64,000 nt of DNA from Octopus vulgaris (GCA_951406725.2 OX597823.1:4278001-4342000), one strand, 5' to 3'; numbered from the stretch's first letter, positions 11,409 to 24,816 are shown. Notes: a model not told the origin generated them from the sequence alone. Numbers and translations: made by a program.

Positions 11409-14211
11409 GTAAGAATAAGGAGTTCTAAAACAGTTTAATTTAGATATTTACGTAATATAATTTAGTCACATAATTTAGTTTAGATATATATTTCATATAT
11501 AGGATAATACCCTGTGTGTATCATCATCATTTAACTTGTCTTCCATGCTGGCACGATTTGGAATCTTGTCAACCCATTCAACCCACACCAAATGGAAGAT
11601 GGATATTAAATGATGATAAGGTATTCTTCTATAATCATCATCATTTAAAGTCTGTCTTCCATGTTGGATGGTTTGATGGAATCCAACAGGCCAGAGGACT
11701 GTGTCGAGCTCCAGTATTTGGTTTAGCATGGTTTCTATATCTGGATGCCCTTCCTAATGCCAACCACTTGTTCTATATGTGAAATATGTATACAGACACA
11801 TGAAATATTATCAAAAGGATGGGCATATATTTGCATTTACATAGGATCACAAATGAAATTACTTTTAATATGGAACTTCTTTGGGAATTAAGACATTTTA
11901 CCATTTTGTAATTAAAGATTGTAGAATGCGATAAATATACTGAATTCTTTTGCATTATAATAATGTTATTGTCATAGCATCATTTTTAAAGCTGAGAGAT
12001 TTTGATTCACAAGTGCTCAGTGGAAACTGAAACGGAAGTTTATAGGACCCTACAAAGTTCTCAGTTGTCAGTTTGCATCAGTTTCACCATTCCAGTTGTA
12101 GGTAGGGGTCATCATAAGTAACATTTGGTCTTGTTACTTTTTTATATTTCCTCGATTTTCATGAAGATTTCACCTTGTATAATGCTAGTTTCATTTGTTT
12201 TGTTTTTTTAAACTGTTGTAGATATTAAGGTGACCCCCCCTTCACTATTAGGTCTCCCAGAGAAAGAAAATATAATTACATTTGAATTAATCCAAACTCG
12301 AATGAAATTTTGTGTCTTTTGGTTAGACTTGATCTACTGACTGAAAAATCTGAAACTCTTTTGAGTTATAAGAATCTAAATTTAATGTCCAGGAGCAGGT
12401 TTACCTGTTTCTTTCCTTTCTGTCTCGAATATTTTACCATGGTCCAACATCTCAGTTACCAGTAAGTCTTTGAATATCACATTTGCTAGTATACTTGTGT
12501 GAATTAGTCATTAGATACACCAACAAATCATCATCATCATCATCATTTAGCATCATGCTAGCATGGGTTGGACGGTTCGACTGGGGTCTGGTAAGTCATT
12601 GAGGCTGCACCAGGCTCTAGTCTGATCTGGCAGTGTTTCTACAGCTGGATGCCCTTCCTAATGCCAACACTCTGTGAGTGTAGTGGGTGCTTTTTATGTG
12701 CCACCAGCACAGAAGCCAGTCAAGGCGGTGCTGGCATTGGCCATGTTCGGATGGTGCCTTTTACGTGCCACCGGCACGGGGATCACAATTACAATTTCCA
12801 TTGATTTTTGATGTTGATGTACTTGACTCAATAGGTCTCCTCAAGCACAGGGTCAAAACGGTGTTTCTTTACTTTCCACCTGCACAAGAGTCAGTCCAGT
12901 GGCACTGGCAACGGCCGGGTGCCAGTCATAGGATTTGGTTCAATTTCAGAGTCTAACCACACATAAACAAACTTACATTTTCTCATGCCTTTGTGAGTTT
13001 AAAACTAAAATTGATTTCAAAGAAGACTTCAGAGGATTAGCTAAAAAATTCTCTCGGTGTCTCCTAGTATGTAAAATACTGAATATTGTTGTATGTTGTT
13101 TACTATCAACCTGCAAGAGGCAAACGCTACATTCATAGCTTCTTAAGCTCTTAGCAAACAGTGACTTCATTCATTGTTAATCCATTGGTCAGGGAAAGAG
13201 GTTAAAACCATCGCATTTTGTTTTCTTGTGACTCCTAAATTAACGCTTCTTTATCAAGAAATCATTTTATATTTATTTTTTTCTATATTTAACTTTCATT
13301 TTCAGAAATTTATTTCACATTTCCTTTCATCATGTTATGAAGGTTGTTCAATATTGTCAAATGTCTTCTTTTTATTTCTCTCTCTTTACTAATGAAATCC
13401 TGTCTTTGCTGTTGACTTCAACTCAATGAATAATAATCCCATTTAACATTATATTCTTATGCTATTTGTCTCATGAGCACAGTTGTTTCTCCTTCACACA
13501 CAAACACTGTTTGATTGTGGTTCTCGACACTTTTTCACAAGTCATTTTCAAAATGGCTGCCTCACTGTTTTCTCACCTAAAATCTAAACTGTTGAATGTA
13601 ATTTGGATCATTTATGGTTTGGAAGTTGTGCATCTTCACTTCATTGATATTAATTCTTGTTCTTTTGTTTGCATTCATCATACTTTTGGAAGAACTTCCC
13701 CCCATAAAATACCTTTGTTTGGGGGATATTCCTTAAATACTACCATTTGTATTATTTGATTTAAGAGAGTCTGGTAACTTTAGAATTTCTCAGTTTATGA
13801 AAACATTCTAAACATTAATTCATGCTTTGATTTTTGAGAGTTGAGGCATTTTCTTGCATCAAATAATTCAAACCTTGGTAATTATTTTAAATTACCATTT
13901 AATAACACTTCTCACTAATTAAATTCTGGCATTTTCTATCCCTTGATATGAAGCAGTAATTAATTTGCAGTTGCAATAGTTAAGTGTTTATCCTCTCATT
14001 TGAGTTACATGTTTCTATCATCATCATCATCTTCTTCATACTGTTCACTTTTCATGTTTACATGGATCTAATGGAGTTTGTTGAGCAGATTTCCTACTGT
14101 TGGATGCTCTTCCTGTCACCAACCCTTACCTGTTTCCATGGAAGGCAATATTTCCCCCATGGCCAGACATGTTTTCATGGAAGACTGGAAACAAGCGACA
14201 CTGCTTTCCAC

Positions 14212-14464
14212 AAGGCTGCCACAAAACTCGATCACAATTCCTCTCAAAGTCATTGTATATTTAATATCAAACTTTTACAAGTTGTTAACCAAAAGAATCT
14301 AAGTGTGGCAAAAGTAAGCATGTTGTTCCTCTGCGATTTGGCAGGCAGCGAGTGTACGTGTAAGACCCATTCCACAGGAGATTGTTTGAAAGAAGCTGGC
14401 AGCATCAACACCTCACTGCTGACGCTTGGCCAGTACATTGAGACAATGAGAAGTAATCAAATAA
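14212..14464 (+). pseudogene. Decayed kinesin motor fragment (kinesin-6/KIF20-like, switch I to switch II)
   Basis: AATKLDHNSSQSHCIFNIKL...LCDLAGSECTCKTHSTGDCLKEAGSINTSLLTLGQYIETMRSNQ; SSRSH altered to SSQSH and DLAGSER to DLAGSEC; no other kinesin exons seen. Confidence 0.8.
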
Positions 14465-14517
14465 GTGAGTGAGTTTACTGGTGCAGTTTCATTGAGGCAG
14501 ATTTTATACGGTTGGAG

Positions 14518-16930
14518 TAAGGTGTAGAGGGGCCTCTGCTAGGTTCCTCACAGACAAAGAACATAGGTATAAGATCTGGGTAAGGAACAGTGATGTGATT
14601 GGGGCCATGGGTATACTCCTTGCTGAAAAATGGGTCGACAAGGTAATCGAGGTAGTCAGTCTGTGATAGAATATATAAGCTTAGACTGGTGCTGCAACAT
14701 AGAATAGCAACCATTATCTTGGCCGATGCCCCTCAGCCAGGTCTACCTGATGAACAGAAAGATCGATTTTATGACACCCTCTTGCAGACTACCTCATTGA
14801 TGAATGACAAGGACCTTCTCTTTGTGGCTGGCGACTTCAATGGACATGTTGGACATCATCTGGGGAGCTTCCATGGTGTGCATGATGACAATGGATTTGG
14901 TTCCTGCAATGAGGAGGGAACCAGGTTGCTGGAATTCTGTGATGCAAATGATCTTATGATCTTTAATGCTATCTTCAGGAAACCTGCCAGTTCAGTGAGC
15001 ACACTAGTCAGATTGTGTGAAAAAGAAGGGTCTGGAAGTTTAAGGATCCTCTAAATAGACAGATTTAGAGACATATTACTGGAAGCCTTTGAGAACATAG
15101 AGGATGATATAGCAGCACACAACATGGAGGACAACTGGAGGTTCCTATAGGACAACCTGTTGAGGGCCACTGACCAGATCTGTGGATGGTGCAAAGCCCC
15201 CTCTTGATCTCAGGTGACATGGTGGTGGAACAATGTAGTTGGCAGGGCCATTAAGGACAAGGAACAGGCCTGGAAGGACTGGAAATGTGGTGGTATCAGG
15301 GAATTGTATTAGATAGCCAGAAGGGAAGCTAGGAGACAGGCTTACTTAGTGAGAGGGGAAGCAGAAAAGAGAGTTGAAAATGTTCTACATTGGGAGGACC
15401 AGAGACTTGAAGTGTTTCAAATTGCAAGGCAGTGTGTGAGAGAGAATCGTGATGTCATAGGAGAGAAATGTGTCCACTTGCATTTAATGATGCTGCAAAG
15501 AAAGAAACTTGGAGATGCCACTATGAGAGGTTGCTAAATGAAGAGAATGAATGGATGGAAGAGAGTCTGCCAAATGTTGACCCAACTGAGGGACCAGCTA
15601 TCCAGATTGACAGTACTTTGGTAGATAAAGAAATTAAGGATATGAAGACAGGGAAAGCCCCCAGCCCATCAGGAATCAACACTGAAATGTTTAAAATATC
15701 TGGCAGTGTAGGCTATGATCTAGTCATGCGAATAGTTAACCAGGTGATACACAAAGGAGTCATACCCAACGACTGGTGTAGCAGCACCATAGTCAACTAC
15801 TATAAAGGTAAAGGTGATGCCTTGAATAGAAATAATTACAGAGGTATCAAATTGTTGGATCAGAGCCCAACTAATTACAGAGAGAGTTTGTTTAGATGAG
15901 ATGCAGTTTGGGTTTGTGCCAGGGAGAAACACCACTGATGCTATATTTCTGGTAAGGCAGATGCAGGAGAAATACCTAGCCAAAGATAAACCTCTCTACT
16001 TGGCTTTTGTTGACTTGGAGAAAGCCTTTGACAGGATCCCCAATCCCTTATCAAGTGGTCAATGGAAACTAAGGATAGATGAGCGATTGGTGAGAGCTGT
16101 ACAAGCCATGTACTAGAATGTTGTCAGTAGGGTGAAGGTTGGCAACGAGTATAGCAAAGAATTTAGGGTACAAGTAGGGATTCACCAAGGATCAGTCCTC
16201 ATCTCCCTCTTATTCATCATAGTCCTCCAGGTGATAACAAAGGAATTTAAGACAGGCTGCCCCTGGGAGCTCCTCTATGCTGATGACCTTGCCCTAATTG
16301 CTGAGTCACTACCAGAACTAGAGAAATAGTTTCAGGTGTGGAAGCAAGGTCTAGAATTAAAGGGCCTTAGAGTTAACCTAGCAAAAACCAAAGTATTAGA
16401 AAGCAGAAAGGGGGACAAATCATAAATCCCTTCAAGTAGATGGCCCTGCTCGATCTGTAGAAAAGGCGACAATAGGAACTCCATAAGGTGTACCCAGTGT
16501 AAGCTATGGACACATAAGAGGTCCAGCAATACCAGAGAAAGGTTAAGGGGGGAGATAGTTTTCGTGTGTGGAAGGTGCACAGGTACAAGAGTGAAAGGCA
16601 GATTGTTTGATGCTTGTGTGAAGAGCCATGCCACACAGCAGTGAAACTTGGTCTGTGACTGCTGAGGACATGCGTGGGCTTGCAAGAAAGGAAACTAGTA
16701 TGCTCCGCTGGATATGCAATGTCAGTGTGCATACACAACACAGTGTAAGCATCTTGAGAGAAAAGGTGGGCATAAGAAGCATCAGACGTGGTATGCAAGA
16801 GAGATGACTGCATTGGTATGGTCATGTGATGTGTATGGATGTGGACGGTTGTGTGAAGAAGTGCCGATCTCTACCAGTTGAAGGAAGCTGTGGAAAAGGG
16901 AGACCCAGAAAGCGGATGTTAAACAATGAT
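14518..16930 (+). mobile_element. Degenerate RTE-clade LINE (APE endonuclease + RT)
   Basis: VAGDFNGHVG (APE), KGKGDALNRNNYRGIKLL, QFGFVPGRNTTDAIF, FVDLEKAFD, QGSVL, LYADD; many stops, frameshifts and internal deletions. Confidence 0.92.
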
Positions 16931-17885
16931 GGTATATTTATGTGTGTGTGTGACAGATTTCTTTTGGTTTCCATGTACTGAATTCAGTGACCAAGCGTTA
17001 GTCATCTTGGGACTGTAGTAAAAGTCACTTTCTCAAGCTACCCACAGTGGGATTGAACCTAAAAGCCGAAACTTCACCTCTTGTTCTTTGGTAAAGTAAA
17101 TGTGGGTTATGGTTTGGGGCTTAGGGGATATAATACTGTCCATAAAATCATCCTAGTCTCCTGAGCAGACAAGGGATTCTCTGTGCAGTTGTGTAACTTG
17201 CTAGAAATAGCAACCAAATCTGATATTACTTATGGCTAGAGCACCTTTTATCATTATTCTGTCAGGGTTGGTCTGGGGTTAAACAACTCCTTAATTGCTT
17301 AAACACATTGATGTAAATTCACCAAAAATGTCATCTCTATCATTTTCCAACTCTTAATGTTCTGAGCTCAAATCCTGCTGGGGTCAGCTTCACTCTTCAT
17401 CTCTCAAACATCATCATCATCATTTAATGTCTGTTTTCCATTCTGGCATAGGTTGGGTGGTTTGAGAGGAGCTGGCAAGGCCCGGAGCTGTACCAGATTC
17501 CACAGATTGATTTGGCTTGGTTTCTATGGCTGGAGGTCCTCCCTAATGTCAACCACATTACAGAGTTTACTTGGTGCTTTTTATGTGGACCCCATCACCA
17601 GTGCCTTTTGGATGTTAGGGGATGAAGTGTGGGTCGGGGGTGAAGGCCGACAAGACAGAACCCTTCATGGACAGGCATTATCAAAGTGGTTTTAGGATAT
17701 CTGCAGGGTTCATAAAACAAAGTACCAGTCAAGATCTGTGATATCAAGTACCCCCTTTTTTCAAATTGTTGGCCTTTTACCTAAATCACAAACAATTATT
17801 ACTTCAAACCATCTTCATTGACATTGTTCTTATCACCACCACAACCATATTATTATTATTATTATTATTATTGTTATTATTATTA

Positions 17886-17928
<43 letters not shown>

Positions 17929-20061
17929 ACATGCCAGTCATTTCAGCGAATGTTTCCAGAAAGTTCTAAGCTACTCTTGTTCTACAGATTACCTTTCTTT
18001 CCCTGTCGGATTCCTCGCTGTCTAACCAAGACATGCTTCCTGGAGTCATCGTCCGGGCTGTTTGCAATCTGAGCCAATCTCCCCTTTTTTTGTGCTTTGG
18101 CATCGGTTATTGTTCTCCTTTCGTTGAGGTCATTGCTTCTGCTATAATTTCATGTTGTCAGGTTTTGTTGCTGCTGCTTCCGTTAGTGAGGATTGGTGGG
18201 GGTGGGGGGGGAACAGATGTTTCTTTTGCTGTTGTTGTTGTTGCTCCAGTATTGTAGCTTCCTTTTTCTTTCCTCACCAATGGCTTCTTCAAATATTCAC
18301 AGCACCCAACTAGAACTTTACATTGAATTGGTTCTAATTTCCATATAAAATCGAATATAGTTGTATTAAAATACCTTTTTTTTTTGTTAAACTCCCATTT
18401 AAAGAATTTTCTTTAACCCTTTATCATTCACATTGTTCCAAAAAAATGTAATGTTTTTTGGGTTTTTTTATTTTGTTATGAATTATCTTGTAGCTTTGAG
18501 ATTTCGATGATGTGACCATTTAGTTTTAGAATGGCCAGACTTGGCTAACTTGAACATAAAACGGAATATCTGGACTGATATGGCTGATTTGAATGCCAAA
18601 GGGTTAATAGAAGTTGTCAGCTCTGAGTTTTACTGAAATGAATAATATAGATCCATCTATTAATAGAAATTTTTGCTGTTTTCACTCTCTTCCTATTCTA
18701 GAAATCTTCCTCACAACATATCATTGACATGTTCAGAAATTCCTCCAAGAAACCATGATTGGTCTAAATATTTCAGCAGATTGTCTTTGTAATGCTAAAC
18801 ACCATTCTTCTGACCAACATTCTTCTATGTTCTTCTATGTTCCAATCATTGGACTGCAGCCAACTTGACCGAACCATCACAGAATCGACCATCACTGGTT
18901 TAAGTGTGCTTCACAGTGTTTTAGCTTTTGAATAATGCCACCACCACCACCACCCCTGCTGGCCTGGTGAGCAGACCAGCACTGCCCCTGGCTGGAAGGC
19001 TCTTCCATCACAGGCTTACTCATTTACAGCTGAGGACTGGAACAATGTGAAATGAAGTGTCTTGCTCAAGAACATAAAGCACCACCCAGTCCAAAAACGA
19101 AGCCCATGATGTAGCATTCATGAGTGCAAAACCTTGATCACTAGGCCACATGCCTTCACACACACACACATACTTATAGATTCAGACATAGATGGGCACC
19201 GTTTCCTAACCTGTGCCTTGCTTTTGCTAATTGTTTTCTGTGTCTAATCATGAGAAGAGACACAGACATCCTCTTGATTCTCCCACCCCTTTCATCTGGC
19301 AGTAGAACCAGGATGTGACAACTGGGGAATGAAAAAGAGAGAGAGAGAGAGATGTCCCAGCAGTTGGATGGCATTCATTTGCAGCTGATTTAACGGGAGC
19401 AATGTGCAATGGATTTGCTTTTCTCAAGGACACAACTTACTGTCTGATCCTAGAATTGAACCCATGACATTATGATTGTAAGCCAAACACCCTAACCACT
19501 AAAGCCATGCACTGTTGCTATATACAGATACACACAAACACATACATACACTGGGGTCATATATTTCATAATAATAATTTTAGTGTGCTCAGTGAGTGTT
19601 GCATATCTTACCAGTGATGGCAAATCCATCATGGTTATTAATCTCACTCAATAACATAATTGTTGACCATAACAGAACACCAATTTTTCTGTCTCTGGTT
19701 TTGAAATGTTGTGACATTTGGTCCAAGCTAGCTCTGCACATCCCACAGCCGGTTTATATCCCATTGTCTGTTTAATAGACGACAGGATTACGGAAGAATG
19801 ATAAAAATATGGAAGGATGATTTTCTTTTCTTTTTACATTAGACTACGGCCATGTTGGGGCAGTGCCTTGAATATTTAATCGAAGGAATCAACCGCAGTT
19901 CTTACCTTTTACAACTTGGTACTTATTCTGTCTCTTTCTCTTTGCTGAACCGCTAAGTTATGGGGATGTATAAACACACTAATATCAGTTATCAAACACA
20001 GTGGTGGGGTACAAATACAGACAGAAACAAACACACATATATTCTCTCTCTCTCTCTCTCC

Positions 20062-20104
<43 letters not shown>

Positions 20105-20106
<2 letters not shown>

Positions 20107-20530
20107 ACAGGATGCAGTGAATAAATTGTCATCTAAATTATGCAAAAATGAAAATAATACTGACATCTCATTTTAACAGATATTTTCACCAATAATAACA
20201 TAAAATATATCTTGAAATACTAAAAAGTAAATTTATTCAATAAAATCGCCATTGGCTTCAACCACAGCTTCCATACAACTTCAGAATCTCCTGCAACACT
20301 TCTTGATGGTCTCTTTGTTTAAGTTTGTGAATGCTGCCATAACCCTTGCTTTCAATTCATCTTTGGTGTTACAAGGAGTTTTGTTGGTTGCTTTGCTCAA
20401 CTGTCCCACTCACAATAATCAAAAGGATTGCAGTCTGGGGAGTTAGGTGGCCAGATGTTAGGGGTGATGCGGTCACAGAAATTGTCTGACAGCCATGACT
20501 GGGTTCTTCTGCTTGTGTGGCATGGTGCAG
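20105..20530 (-). mobile_element. Tc1/mariner-superfamily transposase C-terminal remnant
   Basis: Minus frames APCHTSRRTQSWLSDNFCDRITPNIWPPNSPDCNPFDY and KTPCNTKDELKARVMAAFTNLNKETIKKCC. Confidence 0.8.
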
Positions 20531-20624
20531 TACCCTGTTGACAGACTTAGGATCTTCCAGCAGCCACCCTCTTGATCCAGAGCAGCACTACCTCCTCCAG
20601 GCACTTGATGTAAACATTCTGTGT

Positions 20625-21312
20625 TTACATGTGAAGCTAGCATGATCCACTGGATGTGTAATGTCAGTGTGCACACACAACAGAGTGTAAGTGTCCTGAG
20701 AGAAATGCTGGACGTAAGAAGTATCGGATGTGGCATGCAAGAGAGACGTTTGCACTGGTATGGTCATGTACTACGGATGGATGAGGAGAGATGTGTGAAG
20801 AAGTGCCACTCCCAAACAGTTGAAGGAATCCGGGGTAGAGGTAGACCCAGGAAGACATGGGACGAGGTGGTGAAATATGACCTTCAAACGTTGGGCCTCA
20901 CAGAAGCAATGACGAAAGACCGAGACCTCTGGAGACATGCTGTGACTGCGAAGACCCGACAAATAACGTGAGTTCATGGCTGTATCCTACACCAGTTTCG
21001 CATAACCAGCCGCAGCCCATTCAAAAGTACCTTGGATCATTGGGTGACCTACTGTGCTTGAGGAGACCTATTGAGTGAAGTACATCAACATCAAAATGGA
21101 AATCAAATGGAAATTGTAGTTGTGATACCCGTGCTGGTGGCACGTAAAAAGCACCCACTACACTCAGAGTGGTTGGCGTTAGGAAGGGCATCAAGCTATA
21201 GAAACACTGCCAGATCAGACTGGAGCCTGGTGCAGCCTCCTGGCTTCCCAGACCCCAGTCAAACCATCCAACCCATGCTAGCACGGAAAACAGACGTTAA
21301 ACAATGATGATG
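20625..21312 (+). mobile_element. 5'-truncated RTE LINE 3' end with (GAT)n tail
   Basis: RRLHWYGHVLRMDEERCVK...GRGRPRKTWDEVVK, then the shared 3' UTR ending aaacaatgatgatgat. Confidence 0.9.
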
Positions 21313-21321
21313 ATATATATA

Positions 21322-22367
21322 TCTATATATATAAAACTCAACTTGTGTGTCTGTGTGTTTAACTTCCCGGCACATCTCCTCCTAGCCAACAAATCGTAGA
21401 ACCACTAAAAATGGGTCACTTAAAGTTTAGGCGAATGAAAATTGAACTGCGCTATTTCTGTTCCGAAATTCATCTCGCAAGTGCAAAAATCAATAATGTG
21501 TTTGTTTAGGCCTTATCCCATGCATTGAATAGTGAACTTTACTCAGTCAGCTGTTTGACGTGAACTGTGTTCACCACGCGTAAATTGCATGAAAAATAAA
21601 AAATCAAGATATTAAAAACGAATTGCCATAAACATTGTAGAAATTCGGCAAAGAAATGAATTTTCGGGATGTAGCCTGGAGGGTTTTTCATATTAATCGT
21701 TTGGACTTTGTGAACACATACCAATTGTTTTCATAACATTTTTAACGCTTTGAATTAAATGTGACCATTTTGCGTTGAGTCTGCAGTTTGAATCACTTTA
21801 ACCAAATTTTAGCAGGCCGGATTTTTGATCATCACGATACATCGCCAGCGACTCCCTGAAACTCTCCCCTGAAATCCCCGTTGAGAAATCTATATATATA
21901 AAACTCAGCTTGTGTGTATCTGTGTGTGTGTCTGTGTGTTTAACTTTTGGATCTACCAAGTTTCATTATTAAGGATAGAAAGTAGTGTGTAGCAAATCTA
22001 TATATATAAAGCTGAAATTGTCTGTGTGTGGCAGGTTTGGTAGCCTTCGAGACCCTGCAGCGCAAGTTGACCAAAATTGAGAGTATGATAGAAGAAAGAT
22101 TGCTCTTCATTTTGTAGAAGATAAAATTCAAATCGGACCATGTTAACACCAAAAATTATTTACATCAAAAAGGTGCTTTTTTTTCTATGAAAATCCCTAT
22201 TTTTTACGATTTTTGACTGCTGTGTCACCATTTTTTGGTGTATTTCAACTGGAAAAATGTTTACTTGAAGAGAATAACAAGTTGCATAATGCAAAATTTT
22301 TACTTTTCAAAAATTCCAATTCTAAAGGGTCGTAACAAACCCAAGCAACACCAGGTGATACTGCTAG
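21322..22367 (+). mobile_element. Non-autonomous Helitron-like composite
   Basis: A|TCTATATATATAAA 5' ends at 21322, 21889 and 21997; 3' end CCCAAGCAACACCAGG...CTAG|T at 22364-22368. Confidence 0.65.
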
Positions 22368-23103
22368 TTCCTGTCTACCGAATCCACTCACAAGGTTTTG
22401 GTTGGCCTGAGGCTATAGTAGAAGACACTTATCCAAGGTGCCATGCAGTGGGGCTGGGCCTAGGACCATGTGGCTGGGAAGTAAACTTACCTTTTCTTCC
22501 TGAATATGCACTGATAAAGCTGGAGTACATCTAATATACCTGTACATCTTTTATGCCATCAAATATGTAAGTTGTAGGTATGAATTGAAAATTCACCGAC
22601 AGAAATTGATTTTCACTCTTTGACTTGTTTTACATCTATTTTTCCATGCTATCATGGGTTAGATGAATACATTAATGAGGCATTGTTCTACAATTGAATA
22701 GTGAGGCTTGATTAGGATATTCGGCTCATGGTCATAAGGTTCTGAATTCTATCCCCGGTGGCATGTTGTGTCCTTGAGCAAGACACTTTATTCCACGTTG
22801 CTCCAGTCCACTCAGCTGGCAATAAGGAGTTGTTCCTGTATTTCAAAGGGTCAGCCTTGTCACATTCTATGTCATGCTGAATCTTCCTCAGAACCACATT
22901 AAGGGTTCGCGTGTCTGTGGAATACTCAGCCCCTTGCATGTTCTCTGTTGATGGAATCAACTACAACCCTTGCCATCATAACCGGCAGAGTGCCAGTTAG
23001 ATATGTATGTGTGAAGAGAGAAAGTGACAATTACATAGACACACGCATTCATCGATAGATGTATGGCCGTTCTTATTGAAAGCATTCTGTATCTAAACAG
23101 GGG

Positions 23104-23485
23104 TAGGAGTGGCTGTGTGGTAAATAGCTTGCTTACCAACCACATGGTTGTGGGTTCAGTCCCACTGCATGACACCTTGGGCAAGTGTCCTCTACTATAA
23201 CCTCAAGCCAACCAAAACTTTGTGAGTGGATTTCGTCGGTGGAAACTGGAAGAAGCCCGTTGTATGTATATATATGTTTGTGTGTGTGTGTGTGTGTGTG
23301 TTTGTCCCGCCAACATCACTTGACAACTGATACTAGTGTGTTTACGTCCCCCTTAACTTCGTGGTTCAGCAAAAAAGGCTGATAGAATAAGTGCTAGGCT
23401 TACAAACAATAAGTCCTGGGGTTGATTTGTTCGACTAAAGGTGGTGCTCCAGCATGGCAATAGTCAGATGACTGAAATGAGTAAA
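23104..23485 (+). mobile_element. tRNA-derived SINE (abundant family with central (TG)n)
   Basis: TGGCTGTGTGGT A box, GGTTCAGTCCC B box, CCTTGGGCAAG; copies at about 43475-43842(-), 42356-42510(+), 46240-46610(-) and 5375-5525(-). Confidence 0.8.
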
Positions 23486-24600
23486 GGAAAATTCCTTCCT
23501 GTATCCTTGAGTCAACTTCTTAACAAAACAGTAACTAATAAGACTTTTCATTCCAAATCCCTTCCATGAAGGAAGATGATGACAGCATCACCAAAATGAT
23601 GACACAGAATACATTTGATGTCCGTGTGTGTGTATGAATCTGTCCCAGCTGCAGTTTCTATGGTTTTTCAAAATTTCAGTTGATTCTTTTCATTGGAGTT
23701 ATCTCCTTTGGGGTATTTTAGATTTTAAACCTCCTTAGAGGGAGTTTTGTCTATTAATTGCATTGATAATCGAAGATTTTCCACTCTGTATCACATATGT
23801 GAGCCCCTACCATACTTGTATGTCTGTATGTGTGTAGACTTACCACTGTGATGTTCCTCCTTCTACGATTTGAAAATTCACTAAAATCCATCTCCATTTC
23901 TCATTCTCCAGATTTAATAGTTTAATATTCTTTTTTTATTGTTGCAAAATAACTTTTCTTTGTTGGTTGGTGTCTTTTTTCATGGATTTTTTTCTCCCCA
24001 AGTTTTGTCACTTTTTCCACAACTTTATTGTACAAATTACTCAATGTACATCTTGAGCAAGATAATCACACCCACCCATCCCTTTACACAACTGAAGCTA
24101 TTCTGATGACTAAAACGAAGCAAATATCTAATCCAGACTCATTAAAATGTTGTTAACGAGAGATAAATATCAGCCAAGGCAGGACACTAGTGCAGAGAAA
24201 AATAATGTCTGAAAGCAGTCCCTTAATGCAAATTCCCTCCTGATGCCTGCTCCTCTTCAAAATAACTTTGTTATAATGAACTTTCTTCTCCCAGAATACT
24301 GTTTGGCAGTAAGCTGCTACAACACAGCCAAGATAAGTTTGAAGAACCAGACTCTGAAGAACATTTTTTGCAGTAGGTTCTCTTCGTTTTGGTGATTTCT
24401 CTATAGTGTCCTGCTTGATGGCTTCATTTGTGCGACGTTTGTGAAACAATTCAACCAGCTTATGATTTTCTACAATGCCAAAATTGACACAAAAAAAAAA
24501 TCACGTATATATATATGTGTGTATATATATATATACACATCTATATTCTTTGTGAAATCAAAGCTTACCTCATCTTTCCTTTTTTCTTTTATTATTATTA

Positions 24601-24632
<32 letters not shown>

Positions 24633-24685
24633 TTCTTTGCCATAATTGTGAGATGTTCACAATTGCTTTAACTTTGTTTATACAG

Positions 24686-24816
24686 CTTGCCCACTTCCAT
24701 ACATGAAGCAGTGTTATCCAGCTCGCTGCAAACTTGCTAGAGTTTACTACCGCGCTAAGTGGGAACACACCACTTGTGTGGTTTTGTTCAGTGACTTTTC
24801 CCTCCGCTCATGGTAA
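24686..24816 (+). CDS. MACF1: Candidate alternative last exon of spectraplakin
   Basis: ttgtttatacag| in phase 1 reads ACPLPYMKQCYPARCKLARVYYRAKWEHTTCVVLFSDFSLRSW-stop; non-repetitive, CpG-containing sequence in an AT-rich intron. Confidence 0.4.

Noticed and set aside
12222-12229. Possible 8-nt microexon (gtag|ATATTAAG|gtgacc)
   Set aside because: Not a multiple of 3 and the donor is weak.
14215-14464. Kinesin fragment as an in-frame exon making a spectraplakin-kinesin fusion
   Set aside because: Acceptor is phase 0 while the GAR exon ends in phase 1; conserved Arg residues are mutated.
24030-24243. Short open frames (...SLKCC*, SQGRTLVQRK...) resembling a duplicated post-GAR exon
   Set aside because: No phase-compatible acceptor with a pyrimidine tract; similarity to KGRTN is only 3 residues.
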